A stretch of DNA of 64,000 nucleotides from Minisyncoccota bacterium (GTDB lineage: Bacteria; Patescibacteriota; Microgenomatia; UBA1400; PJMF01): the NCBI GenBank assembly GCA_029881675.1, contig JAOUMD010000002.1:10228-74227 (forward strand), given 5' to 3'. The translations under genes and the position numbers were made by a program. The notes under the pieces were generated by a model. That model saw nothing but the letters and a program-made list of their open reading frames with translations. It was not told the DNA's origin and did no database searches. Positions within the stretch are counted from its first letter, which is position 1; every line of letters begins with the position of its first letter. Shown here piece by piece: positions 38,388 to 48,371 of this stretch.

Positions 38388-39304
38388 ATGGTAAAATACA
38401 TGTCTATGATTATCTTTGACGGAAATAAACTAGCAAGTGAAAAGAAAGAAGTTCTTAAACTAAGGGCTAGTGCTTTATTGGAAAAAGGAATCAAACCTAC
38501 CATCGCTGCCATTCTTTATGACGGTGATGCTGGTAGCCAGCTTTATACAGATATAAAAAAGACTGTAGCTAGTGAGATAGGGATTGGATATCAAACAAAT
38601 AGTTTTTCTCTTTCTGGTGGTGTAGAGCCTGTCATTGATTTAATAAATAAACTTAACAAAGAGGATTCAGTTACAGGAATAATTTTACAAAAACCGACTC
38701 GTAAGAGTTGGGCTTTTGCAAATGGTATTGAAGGAAAAGCTAAAGATATTAAAAAAGCATATAACCTATGGTGGAGATTACAGACTACAAATATTAGTGA
38801 ACATAAAGATGTTGATGGGCTTAATCCATCTATCATTGAAGTAATTAAAGAAGATAAATTAGAAGAAAAAAAACGTGTTTTACCAGCCACTGCACGTGCT
38901 GTTTTGGAAATATTAAAGAGTGCAGATATTAATTTAGAAGATAAAAATATTGTCATTTTAGGCAAGTCAGATCTCCTTGGTATACCATTGTATAAATACT
39001 TTTGAGTAAAGAATATGTTGTAAAAAATTTGGGTAGAAATGAGTTAGAAGAGAGAGTCAAATTAGGTAAAAATCTATTCGACATTGATGTCATAATTAGT
39101 GCCACTGGAGTTAAGAATTTAATTAATGGTGAGATGATAAAAGAAGGTGCTGTTATTGTTGACGTTGGTGAACCGCGAGGAGATGTTGATTTTGAAAGTG
39201 TAAAAAATAAAGCATCTTTTATCACACCAGTTCCTGGTGGAGTTGGGCCAATGACTGTTGTTAGTCTGATGGAGAATTGTTTAGATTTAGTTTATTCTGA
39301 GTAA
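38388..39304 (+). pseudogene. folD: FolD (methylene-THF dehydrogenase/cyclohydrolase) split by a 1-nt indel at ~39000
   Basis: N-half has KDVDGL and PATARAV; C-half has VIVDVG and [12 protein letters not shown]; one extra T in the T4 run restores YFLSK. Confidence 0.85.
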
Positions 39305-39340
39305 AGAGTAAAATATTTTTTACAAACTATTATCAAAAAA

Positions 39341-39754
39341 ATGAATAATCAAGAAGGTCGAGGTTTCAGATTAGAAAAAGTTTTCAAAGGTCTTTCTATT
39401 GATAGATTAAAGTCAGTATTCACTAAAATAAGAGGTGAAGATAATGAGCCAGCAGAGTCATTTAAAGATAAAGGTTTTAAGTTTGGTGATAATGTTTTTT
39501 ATGATGGTGTTATTTATAGAGTTGATGGTTTTGCAAAAGATGGAATAATCATTCAAAGATCTGGAGATTCTAGAACTGTTTTACCTAGTGATATCGCACA
39601 TGTCTCAGAGGAAGCATTTCAAAAACTTGTTCGTGATGTTGCTAGAAATACACCCCCCGCAGATACTTTTGAAGTTGAAGATACGATGAAGGTATTACAT
39701 GAGGCTGATAGACAGAAAAGTGGGAAAAGTAGTCCATTTCCCTATAAAGATTAA
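39341..39754 (+). CDS. hypothetical protein
   Basis: ORF only. Confidence 0.5.
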   Translation: MNNQEGRGFRLEKVFKGLSIDRLKSVFTKIRGEDNEPAESFKDKGFKFGDNVFYDGVIYRVDGFAKDGIIIQRSGDSRTVLPSDIAHVSEEAFQKLVRDVARNTPPADTFEVEDTMKVLHEADRQKSGKSSPFPYKD

Positions 39755-39762
39755 GTTAAAAT

Positions 39763-39999
39763 TTATTGAGTAACTAACCTTGGAGAATCAACTTTCATCA
39801 AAGTATTCTTATCACACTTAAATTTATTCTTCACATTATGGCTTTTCTTTGCATAAGGACACTCTCCATCTTCAGTCACAGCTATACAATTTCCACTATC
39901 TTCATCTCGTAGTACCACCATGTTGAATGGTAGAGCAGCACAAATAGGAATAATTAATTTTGTGGGTAATAGTTGTCTCTCTTTTTCTTTATCAGACAT
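39763..39999 (-). CDS. small Cys-containing hypothetical protein
   Basis: four spaced Cys. Confidence 0.45.
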   Translation of the reverse strand: MSDKEKERQLLPTKLIIPICAALPFNMVVLRDEDSGNCIAVTEDGECPYAKKSHNVKNKFKCDKNTLMKVDSPRLVTQ

Positions 40000-40161
40000 A
40001 TATAAGTTAATTATTTATAAAAAAACCAAATTTACCAGATGTATGATATAATTCTGTCTATATTAATTATACGCGTGAGAGTTATCTCTTCAACATCCTG
40101 TATTTTGGATAACACTCGCAAGATCTCTTTATAATATAAAGAGAAAAGAAAGGATAAAACG

Positions 40162-40890
40162 ATGACAAAAATCGATTTTTCTAAATTGCCAGAAAAGGCA
40201 CCTGAATATGATCTAAGAGAACTCTTAGAAGCTGGTTGTCATTTTGGACACCACACAAAGAAATGGCATCCAATGATGGCTGAATGGATCCATATGGAAA
40301 AAGATAAAATTCATATCTTTGACTTAGCTAAAACTGCTAGCCAACTTCAATTAGCATATAACTATGCATATGACTTAGGTGCTAAAGGTAAATCTTTAGT
40401 TATGATTGGTACAAAAAGACAAGCAAAAGAAATTGTAAAAGAAGCTGCTATAGAAGCAGAAATGCCTTACATAAATTCTAGATGGCTTGGTGGTACTATT
40501 ACTAACTGGCAACAAATTGGTAAATCTTTAAAGAGAATGCTTGAAATTGAAAAAGGTCTTAAAGAAGGTGCTTATAAAAACTTAACTAAGTTTGAAAGAG
40601 TCCAACTTGACAAAGAAGCTAACAAATTAGCTAGATTCTTTGACGGTCTTAGACAGTTAAAATCAAGCCCTGATGCTTTATTTGTTATTGACCCAAAAAG
40701 AGAAAAGATCCCTGTTACAGAAGCTAACCTTAATGACATTCCTGTAATGGCTTTAGTTGATTCTAATGCTGATCCAAGAGAGATCTCTCTTGTTATTCCT
40801 GCTAACGATGACGCTGTAGGTTCAATTGAACTTATTGTAAAAGCTGTCGCTGCTGGTTACAAAGAAGGTAAAAAAGTTAACAAGAAGTAA
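40162..40890 (+). CDS. rpsB: 30S ribosomal protein S2
   Basis: LLEAGCHFGH, RWLGGTITN, IPANDD. Confidence 0.97.
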   Translation: MTKIDFSKLPEKAPEYDLRELLEAGCHFGHHTKKWHPMMAEWIHMEKDKIHIFDLAKTASQLQLAYNYAYDLGAKGKSLVMIGTKRQAKEIVKEAAIEAEMPYINSRWLGGTITNWQQIGKSLKRMLEIEKGLKEGAYKNLTKFERVQLDKEANKLARFFDGLRQLKSSPDALFVIDPKREKIPVTEANLNDIPVMALVDSNADPREISLVIPANDDAVGSIELIVKAVAAGYKEGKKVNKK

Positions 40891-40902
40891 AGGAAAAAAA
40901 CT

Positions 40903-41364
40903 ATGCCTAAATATACAGCCGCAGATATTAAGAAGCTTAGAGAAGAAACCGGTGCTGGAATGCTTGATTGTAAAAAGTGTTTAGAAAAAGCAGATGGTAA
41001 CTACGAAGAAGCTGTTAAGTTTGCTATTGCAAGAGGTCTAGCTAAAGCAGATAAGAAATCAGATCGTGAAACAAAAGAAGGTTATATTGCCGCTTATGTT
41101 CATGCTAATTCTAAAGTTGCTGCCTTAGTTGAAATACTTTGTGAGACTGACTTTGTTGCTCGTAATGATGAATTCAAAGCTATGGCCAAAGACGTTGCAA
41201 TGCAAGTTGTCGCGATGGGAGCTACAGATGTTGAAGAATTATTAAAGCAAGACTTTATTAAAAATCCAGACATGACCATTGAAGATCTCGTTAAGAGAAC
41301 TAGTGGAAAGATTGGTGAGAAGTTTGTTGTTAATAGATTTACAAGATATACAGTCGGAGAATAA
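40903..41364 (+). CDS. tsf: elongation factor Ts (short form)
   Basis: LREETGAGMLDCKK, CETDFVA. Confidence 0.95.
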   Translation: MPKYTAADIKKLREETGAGMLDCKKCLEKADGNYEEAVKFAIARGLAKADKKSDRETKEGYIAAYVHANSKVAALVEILCETDFVARNDEFKAMAKDVAMQVVAMGATDVEELLKQDFIKNPDMTIEDLVKRTSGKIGEKFVVNRFTRYTVGE

Positions 41365-41393
41365 GATTTAATATCTTTAAGTAAGAAATATAA

Positions 41394-41426
41394 AAGCCCT
41401 TCTTTAGAAATAGAGGAGGGTTTTTT
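41394..41426 (+). terminator. intrinsic terminator after tsf
   Basis: GCCCTTCT...GGAGGGT plus T-run. Confidence 0.65.
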
Positions 41427-41443
41427 AGTGTTAGAATCTTTTT

Positions 41444-41878
41444 ATGAAGAAGAAAGACTTACAACCAATTGGAACTACAGTAATTGTATTAAACAAGCAG
41501 AATCAAATTCTGATGGGAAAGAGAAAGAATGGGTATAAAGAAGGTCAATATGGACTGCCTGGAGGACGATTAGATAGGGGAGAGAGAGTGGAGGAAGGGG
41601 CAAAAAGAGAATTAGAAGAAGAGACTGGTTTAGATGCTAATAAATTAGAATATTTAGCTGTTGTAAAAGAATGGCAAGAAGATAATGGTTATGATTTTGT
41701 TCACTTTGTTTTTATATGTAAAGATTGGAAAGGTGACCTACAATTGTTAGAACCAGAAAAATGTGAGAAATGGAAGTGGTTTGATTTAGATAAACTACCT
41801 GATAATATTCTACCAGGACATCTGGCTGGGATAGAGACATTAAAGAGTGAAGATAAGATCTTTTTTAGTGATATCTAG
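41444..41878 (+). CDS. NUDIX hydrolase
   Basis: LPGGRLDRGE...AKRELEEETGL; EPEKCEKWKWF. Confidence 0.9.
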   Translation: MKKKDLQPIGTTVIVLNKQNQILMGKRKNGYKEGQYGLPGGRLDRGERVEEGAKRELEEETGLDANKLEYLAVVKEWQEDNGYDFVHFVFICKDWKGDLQLLEPEKCEKWKWFDLDKLPDNILPGHLAGIETLKSEDKIFFSDI

Positions 41879-41910
41879 TGAAAATTAAATATTTGTAATA
41901 GCTATTTATA

Positions 41911-41943
41911 AAACCACCACCTTGTTAAAGAGGGTGGTTTTTT
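41911..41943 (+). terminator. intrinsic terminator
   Basis: AAACCACC...GGTGGTTT plus T-run. Confidence 0.65.
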
Positions 41944-41958
41944 GATATAAATCTCTAT

Positions 41959-42855
41959 ATGCCCCGTAGAAAATCTGCCCGTTCTAAGTCGCGGTCTTCA
42001 TCTATTGTAAAAAAGTTTTTCAAAATTATTATTAGTGTTTTTATATTATTTATTCTTATAACTGCAGTATTATTTGTATTTTTTATTATTGTAAAGCCCG
42101 ATAGTAATCATAAAAATATTGTATTCACTCCAGGAGAAAAGAGTGGAGTAGAGGGGGAGATACTTCTCGCAGAGTTTTATGAAAAAACCAATAGTATTTA
42201 TGTAATTAAGCTTAACGGTGAGATTAAATCAGAGCTGATGGGTGGTTATGGAGAATATCAATTGAAAGCAATAAATGGAATTTTAAAAATTGATAAGAAG
42301 GGGAGAGGCTATAAAGAAGCTGCTTTTGGTCATTTCTTAAAACGAGGTATTGATCAAGTTGTTGAATATAAATCAGGATCAAAACTACCAGAAAATAAAA
42401 TTGAGTTAATGAAATTCTTTATAGAAAATAAAGAAACAATTTTTGACTCACTGTTAATTAAAGACACTGATAGTGAAAATATTATTTTTCTAGAAATCAA
42501 TAACAAAGAAGAATGGGAGAAATATTTAAAAAAACAATTAACATGGAAGATAAATGAAGAGTGTACAGTTGCTGTTGTAAACTCAACAAGCTCAGTCGGT
42601 CTTGCCACTGACTTTGGACAAATATTAGAAAATAGTGGAATTGAAGTAGTCCGTTCTACAAATAATATTTGGGGTGAGTCAAAAACAGCTTTTTATGTAG
42701 ATAATCTAGATTCATGTGGACAAGTAAAACAAAGGGTAAAAAGCTTAAGCCCAATTAGTTTAGAAGAAGATTTAGATACAGGAAAGACTTCAGAATATAG
42801 AGCCAATATGGTTCTATTTATTGGAGATGAATTAGCTGAATATTTTAAAGATTGA
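41959..42855 (+). CDS. membrane-anchored protein with LytR C-terminal domain
   Basis: N-terminal TM; VAVVNSTSSVGLA...LENSG...VLFIGD. Confidence 0.7.
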   Translation: MPRRKSARSKSRSSSIVKKFFKIIISVFILFILITAVLFVFFIIVKPDSNHKNIVFTPGEKSGVEGEILLAEFYEKTNSIYVIKLNGEIKSELMGGYGEYQLKAINGILKIDKKGRGYKEAAFGHFLKRGIDQVVEYKSGSKLPENKIELMKFFIENKETIFDSLLIKDTDSENIIFLEINNKEEWEKYLKKQLTWKINEECTVAVVNSTSSVGLATDFGQILENSGIEVVRSTNNIWGESKTAFYVDNLDSCGQVKQRVKSLSPISLEEDLDTGKTSEYRANMVLFIGDELAEYFKD

Positions 42856-43599
42856 TTAATTTTTAGCTTGCTCTGGATCAGCTAAAGTACTACTATCAAT
42901 TCCTTTTTCATGATCTGTGTCAGTGTGAACGATATCCATTGGAATATTTTCTTCGAGTAAAAACTTTTCATCAATATCATTAATTGTAGCAATAAGGTTT
43001 TTGTTTAATGGGAATGAGTGAATATTTTCATTTTGTTTAGATCTTGAAATTTCTTTGATATAAACACAGCATGACTTTGGAGTAGTTGTATGAACAAAAC
43101 ACTCATATTTGTTATCTCTCTTAATTAATTTAGTCAATCTGAAAGATAAGTCTTCAGGAAGTGTTCCAATATATTTACCATTACTTTCAACAGAGATGAA
43201 TCTGTTCTTAATTTTAAGTTCACAGATATGACCTGAAGCTAAATTAATTAAGACAGCTTTACCAGCAACTCTGTTTAACTCAACAATTTTTGTTTTTCCT
43301 GGTTCTTCAATGAAATGTTCTGTAGAAAAGTTTGGAGCAGTATTTTGCTTATTTTTTATTTTTTCTAAGTTTTTCTTAGCAATAGTGTTAGAGCCATCAA
43401 TTTCTAAGACATTTCGAAAACACTTTTTTGCTTTACCTGGTTTTTCAATTTGAAGGTAAGATAGCCCAAGCCTGTTGAGAGCCCCTAGATCTTTAGAATT
43501 CAATTCTAAAATTTGTTCATTGATTTCAATGGCTTTATTCCAATCTTTATTTTTTGCAGAGTTTACTGCTTGAAGTTGGAGTATTGAGAGTTTATTCAT
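42856..43599 (-). CDS. TPR-containing protein
   Basis: N-terminal TPR motifs (ALNRLGLSY...A...F), then FIEEPGKTK. Confidence 0.75.
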   Translation of the reverse strand: MNKLSILQLQAVNSAKNKDWNKAIEINEQILELNSKDLGALNRLGLSYLQIEKPGKAKKCFRNVLEIDGSNTIAKKNLEKIKNKQNTAPNFSTEHFIEEPGKTKIVELNRVAGKAVLINLASGHICELKIKNRFISVESNGKYIGTLPEDLSFRLTKLIKRDNKYECFVHTTTPKSCCVYIKEISRSKQNENIHSFPLNKNLIATINDIDEKFLLEENIPMDIVHTDTDHEKGIDSSTLADPEQAKN

Positions 43600-43762
43600 G
43601 GGCTTTTTGAATTGTTTTTTCTGATGTTAGAAGATACTATCTCATCCGGTTATTGTCAACTAGTGGGGTGATTTAATATAATCCAAAGTAATTGATAATC
43701 AATCAAACAATATATTTAGTAAAATACCTAATAATTTAACAAAAATAACTTAGAAAGATATT

Positions 43763-44323
43763 ATGGCCGGTCATAGCAAATGGAACAACATCAAAAATAG
43801 AAAAGGTGCTCAGGACAAGATCAAAGGCAAAGCATTTAGTGAGGCAGGAAAGATGATTAAGATTGCCGTAAAAGAAGGCGGCTCAGGAGACCCAAAAGCA
43901 AACCCATCACTTAGGTTGGCACTAGATAAGGCAAGAGCTGTAAATATGCCTAAAACTAACATTCAAAGAGCCATTGACCGTGGTTTAGGTAAGACAAAGG
44001 GTGGAGCTTCTTTAAAAGATGTTGTTTATGAAGGTTTTGTAGCTGGAGGAGTTGGAATTATTGTTGTTGCTATTACTGAAAACCCAAATAGAACAAGTGC
44101 AGAAATTAAGATGTTATTTTCCAAAAGCGGTGGTTCCTTAGGCAGTACGGGTTCTGTCTCTTACATGTTCTCACGAGAAGGTGGAGAATATAAAGTAACT
44201 ATGCCTATGCAAATAACAGATGAGAAGCAACAAGAAAAGCTTCAAGAAATTATGGACAACTTTAGAAATCTAGATGACGTTGAGGATGTCTATTGTGCAG
44301 GAGAATGGGAGGGTAAAGAGTGA
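43763..44323 (+). CDS. yebC: YebC/PmpR family protein (short)
   Basis: MAGHSKWNNIK, NMPK.NIQRAI, YEG. Confidence 0.93.
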   Translation: MAGHSKWNNIKNRKGAQDKIKGKAFSEAGKMIKIAVKEGGSGDPKANPSLRLALDKARAVNMPKTNIQRAIDRGLGKTKGGASLKDVVYEGFVAGGVGIIVVAITENPNRTSAEIKMLFSKSGGSLGSTGSVSYMFSREGGEYKVTMPMQITDEKQQEKLQEIMDNFRNLDDVEDVYCAGEWEGKE

Positions 44324-45087
44324 GAAGAAGAGAAAGATTTGTTGTAGCCTCTATCTTACTTAGTATTGGACTTTTTATAGTTCAGTTAGTTGACCTTGAT
44401 TATCGTGTTTGGGCTGTTGTTGGGCTTGGTTTTGTCTCATATTTTTTATCTGCCTGGGCTTTATTAGAAGATCTACAACCATTTGAATGGTTTACAGTGC
44501 TTCCTTTTCCAGTCATGTATGCAATTTCGGTAGGTTTTTTCTACTTTTTATTACCAACAAATATTGTTACCAGGCTGATGGTTTTGACAATCTTTGGTGT
44601 TGGTATGTATGCACTATTTTTAACTGCAAATATCTTTTCTGTTGCAAAAGGAAAGTCTATCCAATTGATTCATGCTGCTCATGCGATTGGTTTGTTATTT
44701 ACTTTATTTACGTCGTTACTTTTAACAAATACTGTCTTTTCTTTGCACTTACCATTTTATATGAATGGTTTAATGGTTGGCGCGATTCATTTTCCTCTGA
44801 TTATGATGTCACTTTGGTCTGTTAACCTAGAACAAAAGGTAACCAAAGAAATTCTGTCGCTTTCTTCCTTATTTACACTTATTTTGGTAGAGTTAGCGAT
44901 AGTCTTGTCCTTTTATCCAATCTCTGTTTGGAATTTGGCTTTACTGATGATGGCAGTTTTATATATTGGACTTGGAATATTACAAAATTATTTAAGAGGC
45001 ATCTTATTCAGCAATGCTATTAGAGAATATTCATTAGTAGCTGGATTAGTTGGAGCAATTTTTCTGATGTTGTTCCCACTAAAGTGA
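44320..45087 (+). CDS. multi-pass membrane protein
   Basis: about 8-9 TM helices; overlaps the yebC stop. Confidence 0.7.
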   Translation: MRRRERFVVASILLSIGLFIVQLVDLDYRVWAVVGLGFVSYFLSAWALLEDLQPFEWFTVLPFPVMYAISVGFFYFLLPTNIVTRLMVLTIFGVGMYALFLTANIFSVAKGKSIQLIHAAHAIGLLFTLFTSLLLTNTVFSLHLPFYMNGLMVGAIHFPLIMMSLWSVNLEQKVTKEILSLSSLFTLILVELAIVLSFYPISVWNLALLMMAVLYIGLGILQNYLRGILFSNAIREYSLVAGLVGAIFLMLFPLK

Positions 45088-45102
45088 TGTAGAATCAAAA
45101 AC

Positions 45103-46398
45103 ATGGAAATTACAATGATTGGCCACGGATACGTTGGCCTTGTGACTGCTAGTATTTTTGCTGACGCAGGTAACAAGGTAAATGTCATCGGCCGTACCCC
45201 TGAAAAAATTCAAAAATTAAAATCTGGAGACCCACTCATTTTTGAGCCCGGTCTTGAAGAAATATTAGACAGAAACTTGAAGAATGGTAATTTAAATTTT
45301 ACTTTAAGTTACGATAGTATTAAAGATTCTAAGATTGTTTTTATTGGGGTTGGAACTCCATCTCAAAAAGATGGTAGTGCTGATTTAAGCCAGGTTAGAG
45401 TGGTCGCAAAAAAAATCGCAGAAAATTTAGGAGATAACTTTACAGTTATCTCTTGTAAGAGTACTGTCCCTGTTGGAACAAATGTAGAAGTAGATAAAAT
45501 CGTTAAAGAAAATGCTTCAACAGGAGCTAAGTATGCTGTAGCTTCATGTCCAGAATTTTTGAGAGAGGGGACTGGTGTTACTGATACTCTATATCCAGAT
45601 AGAGTAATCATTGGTTCAGAGTCCCAAAAGGCAATTGAAGTTCTTTTAGAGCTTCATAAACCAATTGGTGGCGAAAGAGTAATTACAGATTTAGCATCTG
45701 CTGAACTTATTAAATATGCTTCAAACTCAATTCTTGCGACAAAGATTTCATTCTCAAACTTAATTGCAGAAATGAGTGAAGTTGCTGGAGCTGATGCTGG
45801 CATAGTACTTGAGGCTGTTGGTCTTGATAATCGTGTTAGTGATAAGTTCCTTAACGTTGGTATTGGTTATGGCGGAGCTTGTTTTCCTAAGGATGTTAAG
45901 GCTTTAGCTTTTATTGGAAAAAGTATGAAGCTTGACACAGGTATCTTAGATAATGTTGAAAAAGTTAACTTCCGTGCACGTCATCGTTTTGCAAAAAGAG
46001 TAATCGATAATGCAAAGGGTAAGAAGTTAGCAATTTGGGGTCTTAGTTTTAAACCTAATACTGACGATATTAGAGAAGCTCCTTCAATTGATATTATGAA
46101 TGATTTACTCAAGGCTGGTTATGAACTTTCTGTTTATGATCCTCAAGCCATGGGACATATTGAAGGCATTTTTGGAGATAAACTAACTTATGCTGATGAT
46201 AAAATGCAAGCTTTAGATGGGGCAGAAACCTTAGTAGTCTTAACCGAGTGGAATGAGTTTGAAGCTGCTGATCTTGAGGCAGTCAAAAAGTCATTGGTTA
46301 ATCCAATTATTATTGATGGCCGTAATGTTTATGATCCAAAACAAATGAAAAAACTTGGTTTTAAATATTATTCTGTCGGTCGTAGAGACGTAAAGTAA
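45103..46398 (+). CDS. ugd: UDP-glucose 6-dehydrogenase
   Basis: GHGYVG, KSTVPVGT, PEFLREG, GYGGACFPKD, FKPNTDDIRE. Confidence 0.95.
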   Translation: MEITMIGHGYVGLVTASIFADAGNKVNVIGRTPEKIQKLKSGDPLIFEPGLEEILDRNLKNGNLNFTLSYDSIKDSKIVFIGVGTPSQKDGSADLSQVRVVAKKIAENLGDNFTVISCKSTVPVGTNVEVDKIVKENASTGAKYAVASCPEFLREGTGVTDTLYPDRVIIGSESQKAIEVLLELHKPIGGERVITDLASAELIKYASNSILATKISFSNLIAEMSEVAGADAGIVLEAVGLDNRVSDKFLNVGIGYGGACFPKDVKALAFIGKSMKLDTGILDNVEKVNFRARHRFAKRVIDNAKGKKLAIWGLSFKPNTDDIREAPSIDIMNDLLKAGYELSVYDPQAMGHIEGIFGDKLTYADDKMQALDGAETLVVLTEWNEFEAADLEAVKKSLVNPIIIDGRNVYDPKQMKKLGFKYYSVGRRDVK

Positions 46399-46422
46399 AA
46401 TTAAGAGGGGATAAGTAAAAAT

Positions 46423-47370
46423 ATGAATATTCTTGTTGCCGGTGGAGCCGGGTTTGTAGGTTCTAATTTTTGTCAGTTATTACTCTCAAAAGGTCATAAA
46501 GTTTGGGCAGTTGATAATTTAATTACTGGAAGAAAAGAAAACTTAGATTCTATAATTAATAATAATGATTTTAGCTTTATTCAAGCTGATGTTATTGACC
46601 CTCAAATCAAAGACAGACTAGAGGAGATAGAGTTTCAAGCTGTATACCACTTCGCTTCTCCAGCCTCCCCTCCTTGGTATCAAAAATATCCCCTCGAGAC
46701 TCTCGAGGTAAATTCTATTGGTACAAAGAATCTTTTGGAAATTGCTAAACGAGATAATGCCAAATTTATTTTTGCTTCAACTTCTGAAGTATATGGAGAT
46801 CCTTTAGAACACCCACAAAAAGAAACATACTGGGGGAATGTAAATTCATTTGGAGCGAGGTCTTGTTATGACGAAGCTAAGAGGTATGGTGAAGCAATCT
46901 GTTATACCTATCTCAAAGACTTTAATGTCGATGTCAGAATAGTTCGTATTTTTAACACCTATGGTCCAAATATGGATCCTAAGGATGGTCGTGTTGTCTC
47001 AAACTTTGTCACTCAAGCCATTAGAGGTGAAAATTTGACCATGTATGGTGACGGGTCTCAGACTAGAGCCTTTTGTTATGTAGATGACTTAATTAGGGGC
47101 TTCTATCTTATGCTTACAAAAGATGTGACTGGTGAAGTAATTAACCTTGGGAATCCTGGCGAGTTTACTATGTTAGAACTAGCCAAAATAGTAAACAAAA
47201 AAGTAGGGAATAGCAGTCAAATTACATACCAAGATCTTCCTCAAGATGACCCCAAGAAGAGAAGACCTGACATTTCTAAGGCAAAAGAGCTTCTTGGCTG
47301 GGAGCCTGAGATAGCCTTAAAAGATGGTTTAGAAAAGACCATCGAGTATTTCAAAACAGTTGTTAAATAG
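46423..47370 (+). CDS. UDP-glucuronate decarboxylase (UDP-xylose synthase)-like SDR
   Basis: GGAGFVG, ASPASP, STSEVYGDP, RSCYDEAKR, RIFNTYGP. Confidence 0.9.
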   Translation: MNILVAGGAGFVGSNFCQLLLSKGHKVWAVDNLITGRKENLDSIINNNDFSFIQADVIDPQIKDRLEEIEFQAVYHFASPASPPWYQKYPLETLEVNSIGTKNLLEIAKRDNAKFIFASTSEVYGDPLEHPQKETYWGNVNSFGARSCYDEAKRYGEAICYTYLKDFNVDVRIVRIFNTYGPNMDPKDGRVVSNFVTQAIRGENLTMYGDGSQTRAFCYVDDLIRGFYLMLTKDVTGEVINLGNPGEFTMLELAKIVNKKVGNSSQITYQDLPQDDPKKRRPDISKAKELLGWEPEIALKDGLEKTIEYFKTVVK

Positions 47371-47887
47371 TTTTTAATTAAATTTTTGTTAAATTTTTTA
47401 TATATCTCTATACTCTGCTATAAGCACAGAGTAGAGGGGTAGTATAGTCATGACCCACCAGGGGAAAGAGGACTAAATGATATAGTTTGATATGTTTAGA
47501 TATAGACATACTTAAGTCCTATAATAATGTGGATAACTTCTAAATTTTCGTGAAAATAAGAAGAGTGAAAAGTGCTTGTTTAGCCTGGTAGAAGGTTTTT
47601 GTCTACACATGTGAATGTGTATTTGAACACACAATGACGTCTAGATACCCTCAAGTAGGGTGTGAAATAGTGTAAAAAACCCGAATGCATCAATCCATTT
47701 GCGGGAATAAATATGCTTATTTTGGAGAGAGCTGGCATAGGCTTGAATGAGCCTTGTAAGAGGTATATATCCAAGGGAATAGAGGTACGATGATGTACGA
47801 GTGTTAGAGAGTGATTTAAAAGTAGTGATTTTGAGTCTCTAAGTACTCCTCTATTAAAAGACGGGGGACCTATTGATCTAATATGTT

Positions 47888-47915
47888 ATGTCGCACAATA
47901 TAACTTTTGCGACAT
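47888..47915. other. candidate dif / tyrosine-recombinase site (11-6-11)
   Basis: ATGTCGCACAA-TATAAC-TTTTGCGACAT; arms 10/11 complementary; ~1 kb upstream of xer. Confidence 0.6.
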
Positions 47916-48371
47916 AGACTAAAAATACTCGGTTGGGGTTTGAAACTAATTGGTTTTTTATGTCCCGTTTATTTTTCTTTTCTTGTACCGGTGTGTACCT
48001 AAATCTATTTTTAAATACCTTTTTAAGGCCTCCTATCACCCTCTCTTCAGATCCCTCATAAAAAGGGGTCTCTTTACCCCTCTTACCTATTCTCTATTAT
48101 TTAACGGGGGATTCTGCTATCACAAAGACCATCAAAAGGTCTAAAATGAGGTCGGAATATACTAAGTGGATGATAGATTGGTCATTAATTAAATAAAAAG
48201 CCGTTTTTGGCTGTTTAATGAGTTTTAGCCTGGTAGGATCAATAATTAGGGCGATTTTGGGCGAGATTTGCTGTAAATGGTGCTTAGTAAGCTAAGTGAT
48301 GGGTCTTTAAAGTTAAAATGACCCATGCAGTGTGCGATGAGCCATTTTATGAATGATGGATGTCCGTTTTT

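Noticed and set aside
40903-41364. Short EF-Ts as a pseudogene
   Set aside because: Both the N-terminal domain and the TDFV motif are intact, and short EF-Ts forms are known
47371-48370. oriC in the long intergenic region
   Set aside because: Only one perfect DnaA box seen, no dnaA/dnaN nearby, and neighbouring operons converge
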